This document shows positions 50,415-64,000 of a stretch of 64,000 nt of DNA, in pieces. The DNA is taken from contig OZ024763.1 of the NCBI GenBank assembly GCA_964016885.1, positions 19,468,001-19,532,000 of the forward strand, in the 5' to 3' direction. Numbering within the stretch: the first letter of the stretch is position 1; every line of letters starts with the position of its first letter. Source of the DNA: Eledone cirrhosa (taxonomy: Eukaryota). The translations under genes and the position numbers were made by a program. The notes beneath the pieces are model-generated. The model saw nothing but the letters and a program-made list of their open reading frames with translations, had not been told where the DNA came from and did no database searches.

Positions 50415-52870
50415 ATGAATTTAAATTAGTTTTAACATTACAATTATAAACTACATTTTTAGCTAAGCAGTTGTTATTTAACGGACAGTTGGATTTATTT
50501 CTACAGTTACAGTTATTCGATTGAATATTGCTTGGGTTATTATTGGTATTTTGGTTAGGTTTTAAATTTCTATTATTAATTCTATTAATATTTTGCGCTA
50601 AATAACAACTGCTTAGCTAAAAATGTAGTTTATAATTGTAATGTTAAAACTAATTTAAATTCATTTAACTATGTCGGTTCTACCTCTACAGAATTTAAAT
50701 CCCACTTCAATAATCATAAAAATTCTTTTACAGATCCAAACAAAAAATCTTCAACTTCGCTATCTAGCCTATTATGGGATAATGTTGAATATTCGCTGAT
50801 TTGGAATATTATTTCAAAAAAGCTACTCCCTTTAATTCCTCTTCAGAAAATTGTGACCTTTGTATAGAGGAAATATTTTTTATATCAAAGACCAAAAATT
50901 CCCTTAATTTAAGGAATAATTTATTCAGTTGCTGCAGACATAGATTGAACTCAACGTTTAAATATAAATATAAATTTAAAATGTAGTTTAATTAATTAAG
51001 TAATTTAGTTAATATATGTAACCTGTAGATAAATCATTAGATTCCTTCACCTTTTTCATTTTCTTTGGTTAAATACCCAAGTATAAATTTTCTTCATAAA
51101 TATAATAAACTATTCTAGAAAAGTTTATCCTTTCAATATCTTGAATAAAATATACGTAAGATAAATTTCTATACTAAACATATTATTTTAGCTTAAAATA
51201 TTCTATATTTTAAGAGTTTTTAAAATTTTTTTAACATTTTTTAACCTTTTTTAAGGATTTTTCTTTTAAAAGTTTAAAAAAATTTTTTTATTTTTAAACT
51301 TTTTAATATTTTGATATCTGTAGAATCCTTGTTTTTTAAGTTATATTGATATAATATTTTATTTTTTAGATTTATTTTTTATTAGATTCATTTTATTTAT
51401 TTTTTTATTAGATTCATTTTATTTTTTATTTTTATTAGATTTGTTTTTATTCTGATAGCTTCTCATAATTTTCAAAAGTTTGTCCTTTCAATATCTTGAT
51501 TAAAATATACGTAAGATTAATTTCTATACTAAATATATTAAACATATTATTTTAACTTAAAATATTCTATAATATTTTGGGATATTTTAGTATTTTGATA
51601 TTTGTAGAATTCGTTTGCTTTTTAAGTTATATTGATATAATTATATTTCCAAAATATAATCCTTTTGTATTTTATATACTCAATTGTACTATGTTATATG
51701 TTGATGTATACGTATATCTATATACGGCTAATGTATCTATATGTGTGTGTTGACATACATATACATGTGTTATATGCTTTTTTATGATTATATGTCTGTC
51801 TGTATATATGCCTGAGTGACTCGTGTATACCAATTGAAGATGCACACACATATCTATTCATGTATAGCTAAGAATTATGGATGTGAATGTACAGGCTTAC
51901 ACATGCAGTTTTTGATTGCAGATATGCATAACTTAACAGCCATAAATGCATGAAAGTTAATCCTATATATTTATATATATATACTAAAAACTTTTAACTT
52001 TTAATTTTTAATTAATAACACAGGGAATGTATGGCAATAAATAAAAAATCACTTATGCTTTGTATATATATATTATGTGCGGGAGTAGATATAATGTGTA
52101 TTTTCTGAGTGAGTGTGTAAATATATATATATTTATGTACCTTTGCCTATGTGTATGTAATATGCAATAGATAATCTCTCTAGCAATATATATATTTTAT
52201 AATGTTTAAATTCCAATTTTTAATATATTGATCTCAATTTTAAACTAAATATCTAATTATAATTAAACAATGTGTAATTTCTCATATTATATATCTATAT
52301 TCCATTCAAGAATATTAATATTTCTAATTTTATTTATGCTTTTCATCCCAATTGTTAACTCAACTTAATATGACATAACTTAAGGTTTTCGTTCTCTCCC
52401 CTCTCTCTCTATCTCTATATATCTCTCTCTGGATTTTTTCTCTGTCTGATGGTTTGATATCTCCCCGTTATTTTCCCTCTGTTCTCTTTTCTTTTTGCTT
52501 TCTTCTTTTTCTTTATCTATCTCTTCCTTTCTTTTCTCCACGTTTCTCTCTCTCTCTCCATCTTTTTACTTACTCTTAACACTATGACTTACTAAAGTAA
52601 ACAAATCACTATGCTGATGGCCTCCAAAAACAACGGTCAATTTTTAAAGGGGTACGTCAATGTCTATTTATAAAACTGTTATATATTGTATTTTGTCTGA
52701 TGAAGGCATACCATAATGTAACTTGGTATCCTTGAAATATATATAATGAAATAAATATGGTTTTATAAATATAGTTTCCATTTATTATTATCATATATCT
52801 ACTCCAAATATTTGTCGAGTGCTTTATATCAGTTATAAAAATATTTGCTTGTTGTATCCCAACAATTTAA
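50415..52870 (+). mobile_element. Penelope-like element: inverted 5' piece, GIY-YIG remnant, AT-rich 3' region with hammerhead
   Basis: 50598-50986 translates LNNNCLAKNVVYNCNVKT..NYVGSTSTEFKSHFNNH..CDLCIEE..LN....CCRH. 50415-50590 is an inverted copy encoding CNCRNKSNCPL. Hammerhead at 52689-52753. Confidence 0.8.
52689..52753 (+). ncRNA. Minimal type I hammerhead motif
   Basis: tattttgt CTGATGA aggcatacca-loop-tggtatcctt GAAA tatata TA atgaaata. Stem I pairs with two G-U wobbles. Confidence 0.7.
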
Positions 52871-53304
52871 ATAAAACTTTTGCATATATATATATATATA
52901 TAAATATATGTATATATGTGTGTGTGCGAATATATATATATATATAATTGAATATACAAGAGAACTTGGTCCCTTACAATTTGATATATGGGAGTATATT
53001 TCTTCCGTTTGAGTGAGTAATATATATATTTAAAACACACACACACACACATTATATATATATATATGGGATAACAAGTTATCGTTATAGCTAATCCAGT
53101 TGTTTGATTCAACGAAAGGTTTCCACAGTTAAGTAGCGAGATCGCGAGAATTTATAAGCAGGTTATTCTTGGAGTAATAATAGTGAAAGATTGAAGAATA
53201 ACATGGTTGGCTGTACAAAAAGGGATTTATTTCTAGTATTAACAATTGTTTCATTGATCAGGTGAGTCTAAAGGCCGCTAATCATTCGAAGTTGGGTGTG
53301 TCTA

Positions 53305-53933
53305 TATGGATGTGTAACAATAATATACGTGAACGACAAAGCATAAATGAATTGAGAGAGAGACTGAGCATAAGAGGAATCAAATGCTGTGTGCAGGAGA
53401 GGCGGTTGCGCTGGTATGGACATGTGATGCGTATGAAGGATGACCGCTGCATAAAAAGGTGCAGAGCACTAGAAGTTGATGGAAACTGCGGAGTAGGGAG
53501 ACCCAAGATGACCTGGGATGAGGTGATAAAAGCCGACCTTACCCAATTACACCTCTCAAAGACAATGACACACGACCGTGACTTCTGGCGTCACGCAGTA
53601 ATACAGAGTACCCGACCTCCCATGGGTACAAGCTGAAGCATATAGACAATATGCCCCCACACCGCAAGGTGGTCGTGGAGGTGCCACGGCAAAAAGCACC
53701 CAGCCCACACTGTAAAGTGGACGTGTAGGCGCCACGAAAAAGCACCCAGCACTCACTGTAAATGAGTTTGGTGTTAGGAAGGGCATCCAGCTGTAGTAAT
53801 CAAGCCAAATCAGTTCCTGTATGAGCAAGGCATGGTCAGCCGACCAGACACTGCCCACAACAGGACAACCCGTCTAGCCCATGCTAGCGTGGAAGAACGG
53901 ACGTAAAACGGTGATGATGATGATGATGATGAT
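53305..53933 (+). mobile_element. RTE LINE 3' fragment, specific to the third block
   Basis: [33 protein letters not shown], long 3' UTR and (TGA)n tail. Paralogous site at ~30563 has only (TA)n. Confidence 0.9.
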
Positions 53934-54253
53934 ATATATATAAATAATAATAAATTTGAAGACTAAAATCCAAAGAGGGCTCGATAAGGATACATATATA
54001 TCCAAGATATAAGAACCGTAGAGCAAATATTTATTAAAATAACATTAAAGTTTAAGCAAAGAATTGTTTCAGAAGTTCCCGTTTAGGGTGAAAGCAGCGA
54101 TTCTTGGCTTAAACTTTAATCTGTTATTTTAATATATATATATATATATGTTGCAATGTATAAGAGGATTTTTCAAGCTTCACATTTTATCTCCTTCATT
54201 CCAGAGTGTCTCTGTATATTTGTATGTTTCACATTTCACAGTGATGGGGTTTA

Positions 54254-54896
<643 letters not shown>

Positions 54897-56899
54897 ATTT
54901 CTAGCTAGTTATCTTTACATAAAGGATTCTCACCACTTTTACTCGTATATTAATAAATGTAGATATCGTTAATAGATACCATGTAGTCTAACATACAGTG
55001 TCCATAAAAGACTGCAGGACACGGCTTTCTTCTTCTACAAAGTTGTATTGTAGCATTCAGTTGGTACAAGAAAGAAAACATGATAGCGTAAGACTGATCT
55101 TGGGTGAAGAAAAGACAAGTGATTATACATATATATATATGATTATAGTGGAGTATTCCACTATTATTTTTGCTTAGGTGAGAGAAGCTCTATGCACACT
55201 AAGATCCTCAGCTTATAAAACAGATGAATAAGTCTTCGAAAGATAAGGTTCTTGTTATTGAGAACAGTTCAGGTCACAAGAGAATTAATATTCATAATTT
55301 CAAAAGACGAAGGTTAATATATATACATAAATATATGCAGACATAGAGTGTGTACGTATGAGAGACAGAAATAAATAGACGTGTGTGTAGAAATGTGTGT
55401 ACGTGTAATAAATTAAGATATTTCACTTCAGATAGTAGAAAAGTTCACAATGTTTGTGCTGTGATGGAAAACGAAATAATACGTACTTTAGTTTTCAAGA
55501 CCAAATACAAATTCATAAAAAGTTAGGAAAAACTAAATGTTCAGATTTCTGATTAAAAAAAATATTTTCCTGTCATGTAATTATTTGAACAACCCACTTC
55601 ACGATGTTGGGAGTTGTTTGTGATGAAGTGAAATATTTAATAGTACAGGTGATAAAACAACGACTATAAGGCAAATAAGTCACCTTATGTTATTTACAAA
55701 CATTAATGTTCACCTTAATATGAAATAATCAGCATAAAATATAAAATTAGATTAGATTTAATTTGTAACGATGGATCCGTTGTAGATATCTTTTCACCGT
55801 CTAGTTGCACCGGTGACATGACTGAAAAGTCCCCTACATAATTTAACATTCAGAAAAACCTTCAGTTATATTAATTCATACGTTCAATCAATATGCGAGT
55901 TCTTTATTTGTATAAATAATATCAATTTTATATGACTGTTCATATTAAAACAAAACATTATTAAAGGAAATAAAATATTTAAAAAATGGAAATGAAAAGA
56001 AGAAAATTAAAAACGAATCAAGCAACGAAAATAATGAGAGATGAGTAGGGACAAGCATTATATTCCAGAGTTGTGATTCAGTCCCACTCTACAGACAAAA
56101 TGGCAAAGCTGTTACCACGGAGAATAGCCAGAGACACCCACTCCATATCATGGGACTCCTTCTTCGAGTGGGCTGCTGTCTTTGTAATATGGAGGTGGAA
56201 ATCAGCAGTGTGGGGACAAAGAGGAAGTGGTTATTCAGGCTCCGGTATTCTCTCTATTGCAGATAGTAAAACGTTGGTTTGTAACCGAAGTGAAAATGTT
56301 GGAGGCAGAGAATGATCCAACCCATGCTAAATCTTCAACTAATTCTGTTACTTGTCTTTTTCAGTAGTGGATATTAGAGACATGTGGAAGGATATGTCTT
56401 GCTTAAGGATACAATGTGCCTCCCTAGCTGAGAATTGAACATATAATTGGACGTATGACATTAAAACAAGAATTGATGTGGTGTGTGACAAACATGTTGG
56501 ATTGTAGCAGTTTTATTAATCACCGTTTAGCAGAGTTATTTAGATGTAGTGAGAAAGTAATGTTTGTTAATTTGTATGATTGTAGTTAAACAAAAGGATT
56601 ACAAAAGGAATGTGCCATTGTACAAGGCTCGAGGCAGGCCAGCAGCCCAAAGTGCCAATCTCACCGTTACATATTGTACGAGTAGTTCCTTCGAAGTTCA
56701 GGATGCGAGAGACAGATTCTTCAAATCTTCGCAGGAAATTTCTCCCTCAGGGCGCGTAGGGATACATTCTCTTCTGCTGGCGCTGATTGGCTAAGCTGAG
56801 CCAAATCACACACAGAGAGTGTGTGTGAGCCCGCGGAATGTAGGTCACTACAACATCACTTTTTATATGTGTGGGAGTACAAATGCGTATATATATATT

Positions 56900-58535
56900 T
56901 CGGAAATAGTTGCTGAAATGCTGAGAGCATCTGAAACGGTGGGACACACTATGGTCACCCGGATAGTAAACCAAGTCATACAGAATGGGATCGTTCCGAA
57001 GGACTGGTGTAGCAGCATCATCATTAACTGCTACAAGGGTAAAGGAGATGCCCTAGATAGGGGTAACTATAGAGGCATTAAATTAATTGACCAGGTCATG
57101 AAGGTCACAGAAAAAGTAATAGCGCAACTAATCAGAGAGCGAATTGATCTAGATGAAATGCAGTTTGGGTTTGTGTCAGGTAAAAGTACCACAGATGCTT
57201 TTTTCCTTGTACGACAACTACAGGAGAAGTACCTAGCTAAAAGTAAACCCCTATACTTAGCTTTTGTTGACTTGCAGAAAGCCTTTGACAGAGTCCCCCG
57301 CTCCATTATCTGGTGGGCTCTTAGAAAACTAGGTCTTGATGAATGGCTTGTGAGAGCTATGTAAGCCATGTATAAAGAAGCAGTCAGCAAGGTTAGAATT
57401 AACAACGAATATAGTGAAGAATTTAGCGTAAAAGTTAGTGTTCATCAGGGCTCCGTTCTTAGCCCCCTACTATTTATTATTGCCCTTCAGGCTATAACAG
57501 AGGAGTTCAAGACCGGCTGCCCATGGGAACTCCTATATGCAGATGATCTAACGCTCATAGCTGAATCAATGGCTGAACTGGAGAAGAAATTCCAAACATG
57601 GAAGCATGGCCTAGAATCAAAAGGCCTTAAATTAACCTGTCTAAGACTAAAGTTCTAGTTTGCAGGAAGGAAAAGAGGGCACCAGTCCCATCTAGGAAAT
57701 GGCCATGCTCAGTGTATAGGGAAGGAGTAGGCAGAAACTCCATTTTATGTCCCAAATGCAAAGTATGGGTGCATAAAAGATGTAGTGGGATCACAGGTAA
57801 GCTAAGAATAAAAATTTTATATGTGGCCGGTGCTCTGGTGCAATAAGTAGCAGCAAGTGCACACAGAATACTAGCTCATTCCATTGCACAGATGGTTCTA
57901 TAGAAATAGTGGACACCTTCCGTTACCTGGGTGACAAAATCAGCAGTGGTGGAGGGTGCTCTGAAAGTACAATAGCTAGAGTCAGAACGGGATGGAAAAA
58001 GTTCAGGTTGTATGATGCCTGCATAGGAACAGCAATGTTACATGGCAGTGAGACTTTGGCATTGTGTGCAGAGGATATACGCAGATTGGAGAGGAACTAA
58101 GCTTGCATGCTCCACTGGGTGTGTAATAGTAATATACGTGAACGGCAAAGCATAAACGAACTAAGGTAGAAATTAGGAATAAGAGGGATCAGATGTTGTT
58201 TATTCGAGAGAAGACTACGTTGGTACGGTCACGTGATGCGCATGAAAGACGACAGCTGTATAAAAAAGTGCAGGGCGATAAAAATAGACGGTAGCCACGG
58301 AGTAGGCAGACCTAGAAAAACCTGGGACGACTTGATAAATTCCGACCTCACACACTTACACCTCTCCAAGACAATGTCACTGGACCGAGATCTTTGGCGC
58401 TACACAGTAATAGAGAAGACCCGCCTTACCTAAGTACAAAGCGAAACCTAGTCAGTAGGCACCTCTAACAAAAACACGCCCCCATCCACACCACCCCTTT
58501 CAATGTAAAGTTATGTTGGTACCACAACATCCAGT
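56900..58535 (+). mobile_element. RTE LINE with PHD finger, third duplicate, 3' UTR cut by deletion
   Basis: Same truncation point as 2586 and 33790, YADD retained. Ends abruptly at TCCAGT (58530-58535), fused to ZNF sequence. Confidence 0.92.
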
Positions 58536-59535
58536 GTGTGTTCTTATATGCCTTTTCAAGCCACTGCTCCAGACAAGAGATTTTCCACATATTTCACATG
58601 AATAAGGTTTTTCTCTAGTGTGACTTTGTATGTGGATGACAAGAGTAGAATTATTGTAGAAAGATTTACCATGTTTCACAATGGAACGGTCTTTCACCAG
58701 TGTGTATTCTTTTGTGATCTACAAGTGTAGAATTACTAGAAAAAGATTTCCCACATATTTCACAATGAAAGGGTTTTTCTCCTGTGTGTATTCTTTTGTG
58801 ATCTACAAGTGTAGACCCATGAGAAAACGATTTCCCACATATTTCACATGAATAAGGTTTTTCTCCTGTGTGGATTCTTATGTGATCTACAAGATGAGAA
58901 CCACGAGAAAAAGATTTTCCACATATTTCACATGAATAAGGTTTTTCTCCTGTGTGTATTCTTTTGTGTTTTACAATGTCAGAGCCATAGGAAAAAGATT
59001 TCCCACATATTTCACACGAATAAGGTTTTTCTCCTGTGTGTATTCTTTTGTGTGGTACAAGAGCAGAACTTTGAGAAAAAGATTTCCCACATATTTCACA
59101 CGAATAAGGTTTTTCTCCTGTGTGTATTCTTTTATGGTTTACAAGATGAGAACCTCGATAAAACAATTTCCCACATATTTCACATGAATAGGGTTTTTCT
59201 CCAGTGTGTTTTGTTGTATGTCTTCCCAAGTCACCGTTGCAGGCAAATGATTTCCCACATATTTCACAATGGAAGGGTTTTTCACCAGTGTGAGTCCGTA
59301 TGTGGATGACAAGGTTAGAATTCTGAGCGAAAGATTTTCCACATATTTCACAATGGAAGGGTTTTTCACCAGTGTGAGTCCGTATGTGGGTGACAAGATT
59401 AGAATTACTAATGAAAGATTTCCCACATATTTCACAGTGGAAGGGTTTTTCTCCACTGTGTATTTTCACATGTGATGATAGTTTCAGTTTTGAAGAGAAA
59501 GTTTTCCTGCAAATCTCACAGCTATATTCAGACAT
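58530..59535 (-). pseudogene. C/B chimeric zinc-finger gene copy, frameshifted and 3'-deleted (10-finger ORF 58666-59535 remains)
   Basis: Matches 38223-39488 minus one finger. 2-bp deletion at ~58670; 3' end replaced by antisense RTE sequence. Confidence 0.85.
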
Positions 59536-60691
59536 ATTTCTAGCTAGTGATCTTTACATAAAGGATTCTCACAACTTTTACTCATATATTAATATATGTA
59601 GATGTCGTTAAAAGATGATTTGTATTCTAAAATACAGTGTCCATAAAAGACTGCAGAACTCGGCTTTCTTCTTCTACAAAGTTGTAGTGTAATACTCAGT
59701 TGGTACAAGAAATAAGAGATATTACAGCGTAAGACTCATTTCCACTAAGAAAGTTGAAGAGTATATTATATATATATATATATTTATAATTCAAATTACA
59801 AGATATATGCATACATCTTTTACATGTGCGAGAGAGAGAGATAAATAGACGTGTGTGTGTGTGTAGAAATGTGTGTACGTGTTGTTATAAATCAATATAT
59901 TTCACTTCAGATAGTAGAAGAGTTCACAATGTTTGTGCTGTGATGGAAAACTAAATAATACGTACTTCAGTTTTCAAGATCAAATATAAAGTCATGAAAA
60001 TTTAGTAAAAACTAATTGTTCACTGATTTCTGATTAAAAATACATTTTCCTGTCCTGTAATTAGTTGTTTGTGATGAAATGAAATATTTAATAATACAGG
60101 TGATAAAACAACAATTATAAGGTAATCAAGTCACCTTATATTATTTACAACCATTAACGTTCACCTGAATATGAAATAATCACCATAAAAGATAAAATTC
60201 GATGAGGTTGTAACAATGGAGCCGATGCAGATAATAATTTTCTATTGGTTACTTGAAGACGGTGTCTTGAATTAAAAGTCCCTTACATAATTTAATACAT
60301 TCAGAAACACGTTAAGTCATATTAAGATAGATATGCTAGTTCTTTATTCAGATTTGTATAAATAATATTAATTTTACCTAACTGTTCATATTAAAACAAA
60401 ACACATTATTAAAAGTAATAAAATATTTAAGAAATGGAAATGTAGAGAAGAATATATATATATATATATATAGAAATTATATCCTTCTATGTTGTTCACT
60501 TGCCCCCTCGCTTTACGCAATTACTGGTCCCAATAACTTTTTTTAAATTATTGCTCGCACCAACCTGAGGTATCTGATTTTTAATGCGATGAAAGTCCAA
60601 TGATGGTTGGAAAATCACTGACGAAGGACTATTTTTATCATATGTAACCCATGTGCAAACCACGCAGTATTCTTCTTTCTTCTCATGTGTT

Positions 60692-60809
<118 letters not shown>

Positions 60810-60903
60810 TATAAATATATATAGTAAGAGAGAGAGAAATTATATGTATATATATAATTTCTATATATATATATATAGAAATTATATATATATAGAGAGA
60901 GAG

Positions 60904-60986
<83 letters not shown>

Positions 60987-61484
60987 TATATATATATATA
61001 TGTATGAACGAAGTAATTCCGTCGGAAAAGTCCAGAAAAAAAGAGTGCTCTGTGTAGGTAACAGAGCTTAATAATTATGTAATAAACAACATAAGGCAAT
61101 TATTTCATTTACCAGTGGTTTCTTAAAAGCAAAAAAATGTGCTTTCAATCATCAGAATGAAAAAATCCTTATGTATTTATTGGCGTTGGATTTTAAAAGC
61201 AAAAATATAATCTATATGAAAGTGAGGCTGGAAAAGGAAGAAGGAAAGGGAAAATAAAAACACACATGCAAACACAAACACACACACACACAATTATATA
61301 CATACACATATATATATATACATACATACACACATACATACACAGACAACTATACACACACACACATATGTGTATATATATATATATATACATACACATA
61401 CATATACACATACATACATACACACATAAATATCAACATATCCATACATACAAATACACAAACGTGCATACACACACGTATACA

Positions 61485-61522
<38 letters not shown>

Positions 61523-62109
61523 AACATATATATACATACATACACACATACATATATATACACACATACATATATATACACACATACATATATATATATA
61601 CACACATACATATACATACATATATACATACACATACATACATACACATGTGTATATGTTCGTGTATGATATATATATGTGTGCATGTATGTATATATAT
61701 ATATACATACTACTGTATGTTTGTATACATATATGTATGTACGTGTACATACATATATATATATGTGTTACTCTACATACAGAGAAGATTTCTACAGAAA
61801 AACAAACACCACATATAGAGAAGATTTCTACAGAAAAAATATACATACATACACACATATACATATTATACACGAACATATACACATATACACATACATA
61901 TATATATACACATACATATCACATATACACATACACACAATATAATACACTTGTATACAATATACATATACATATATATATATACAATACACGTACACAT
62001 GCATGCATGCACACACGTACGCACACATATATACATATGTTTGTGTGTATGTGTGTGTGTGAGAGAAAAGGAGAATACACATATACACACACACACACAC
62101 ACACAAACA

Positions 62110-63010
62110 CCAACCTTGTAGGGGACTGTTCCACCCCTAGGCTACCTATCTATCTGGGTTATGGGTTGGGGGGAGCTATAGTCAAGCAGGGGTATGTCTA
62201 GGTGGGGGTTGCATAATATATGTTACGTCTATGTGCTAGGTTTAAAATAGAAGAAGGAACTCAGGATTTTGTGTTGGCAAGAGGAGAAAATTTCCGATTT
62301 CCTGTTAAGCAGGTTCAGTTTAGAGTGTATTATGGCATGGCATTCCAGTAAACACAGGTCAGAACTTCCGCTCTGCGGTCGGTATGGCGTGGATCTAGTA
62401 AGCTTCCTCCAAAAAAGTTTGTATGGGGTACTATTATTTTTTAAAAAGGAGATGTATCCCGCCAGTGAGGTGGCATTCTTATGTCTATCGTGTCTAAATG
62501 TGCCCATATACGCGTTATATCTAGTTTTAAATGTATTGGACGTTGATCCTATATATGTTTTGGTAGAGTTGTGTGTGGTTACGTCACATGCATATACGAT
62601 GTTTTTTATGAGGCAATCCCCCCTTAGGGGACAATTACTACTCCGCCTACAATTGCAACAGCGGGTTCGATCAGTTAGTGTACCTCCCGAACTTTGGTTA
62701 CTAGCATTATCACTAAGTGCCTCTATATCATTAGATGGCTCAGTGATGCTATTATGTTGCCATTTTCCAGTGTAGTCGGTTGCTGGTGGTTAACTGCCAT
62801 TTTAATTGCTTCGAATCCCTCCTTAGTTTTCCTAATGTTCGTGCGTGCTTGGTGTGATGCGAGGTTATGTGTGGTCGAATAGGATAATTTAATCACGTTT
62901 TTGTTAATTATGTTGCGATATCTATTGCCTGGTGGGAAGTTTTTTTCTAATAATGAGAAGAACACTCTGGGGTGGTTAGTGCGGACCTCAGAGTTAAAAG
63001 GTGGGTTAAA

Positions 63011-63016
<6 letters not shown>
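62110..63016 (-). mobile_element. Penelope-like element 3' part (GIY-YIG endonuclease region)
   Basis: YFNPPFNSEVRTN..KNFPP..KLSYS, then CNCRRSSNCPLRGDCLIKNIVYAC..TYIGSTSNTFKTRY..DLCLLE..LLNRKSEIFSSCQHK, with one frame break. Lies between (CA)n and (TA)n. Confidence 0.9.
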
Positions 63017-63078
<62 letters not shown>

Positions 63079-63361
63079 TATATATATATATATATATATA
63101 AATTATATATATATATATATAAATTATATATATATATATATAAATTATATATATATATATAAATTATATATATATATATATAAATCATAAATATATATAT
63201 ATAAATCATAAATATATATATATATATATATAAATTATATATATATATATATAAATTATATATATATATATATAAATTATATATATATATATAAATTATA
63301 TATATATATATATAAATCATAAATATATATATATAAATCATAAATATATATATATATATAT

Positions 63362-63424
<63 letters not shown>

Positions 63425-63512
63425 TATATATATATATATATATATAAATTATATATATATATATAAATTATATATATATATATATAAATCATAAATATAT
63501 ATATATATATAT

Positions 63513-63594
<82 letters not shown>

Positions 63595-63612
63595 AATTAT
63601 ATATATATATAT

Positions 63613-63660
<48 letters not shown>

Positions 63661-63680
63661 TAAATTATATATATATATAT
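63015..63680. repeat. (TA)n-AAT minisatellite
   Basis: Repeated (TA)n interrupted by AATT/AATCATAA. Confidence 0.95.
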
Positions 63681-63878
63681 TGTTATACTTGGGGAGGGTC
63701 ATATTTGTGTAATATTGCCAGAATTAATAACAGAACACACTCACTGTTTGGTTGGTTTTCGCTTCTCGCTTCTGTGTCTTTTATATCGGTAATCTAACTT
63801 ACTCGGTCTGCAATGTTGCCATTGACTGATCGACGGTCAAAAATAATACAGATACAATATAGACACATATATATAGTT

Positions 63879-63921
63879 TATCATAAATCTTTCGTTGCAC
63901 ATCTGCAACATCGTCAGTGGT
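63879..63921 (-). ncRNA. Minimal hammerhead motif in a PLE-like terminus (63681-63978)
   Basis: Minus strand reads acca CTGACGA t gttgca-gatg-tgcaac GAAA gatt TA tgat. The element end TTATACTTGGGGAGGGTCAT resembles the end of the 22963 element. Confidence 0.65.
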
Positions 63922-64000
63922 GTTATCGTTTCCTCCTGTTGTATTATATGTCTACGCCATTTTTATTCAGTCTGTCTATAAATTATATATATATATATAT

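Overview
AT-rich eukaryotic (animal) DNA. The repeat and gene content suggests an octopus or other coleoid cephalopod, but this is inferred from recalled family features. The window is a tandem cluster of seven minus-strand C2H2 zinc-finger array genes with uninterrupted finger arrays and no recognisable effector domain. Two are intact (30891-31565, 38223-39488), two are truncated by nonsense codons and three are frameshifted. They lie in three segmentally duplicated blocks (about 1-25 kb, 30.2-50.4 kb and 52.9-61.6 kb). One gene looks like a chimera of two neighbouring paralogs. Intergenic DNA consists of long (TA)n/(CA)n arrays filled with RTE LINE relics, a 5'-truncated but open CR1-group LINE, tRNA-derived SINEs, MITEs with TSDs and Penelope-like (GIY-YIG) fragments. 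Two features stand out. First, the RTE family carries a C4HC3 PHD finger inserted inside its reverse transcriptase. Second, at least seven sequence-distinct minimal type I hammerhead ribozyme motifs were found by eye, including a 422-bp tandem retrozyme-like repeat, a head-to-head double-hammerhead hairpin and an LTR-like unit with a near-perfect hammerhead. All alignments and folds were done by eye, so boundaries are approximate unless a TSD is given.
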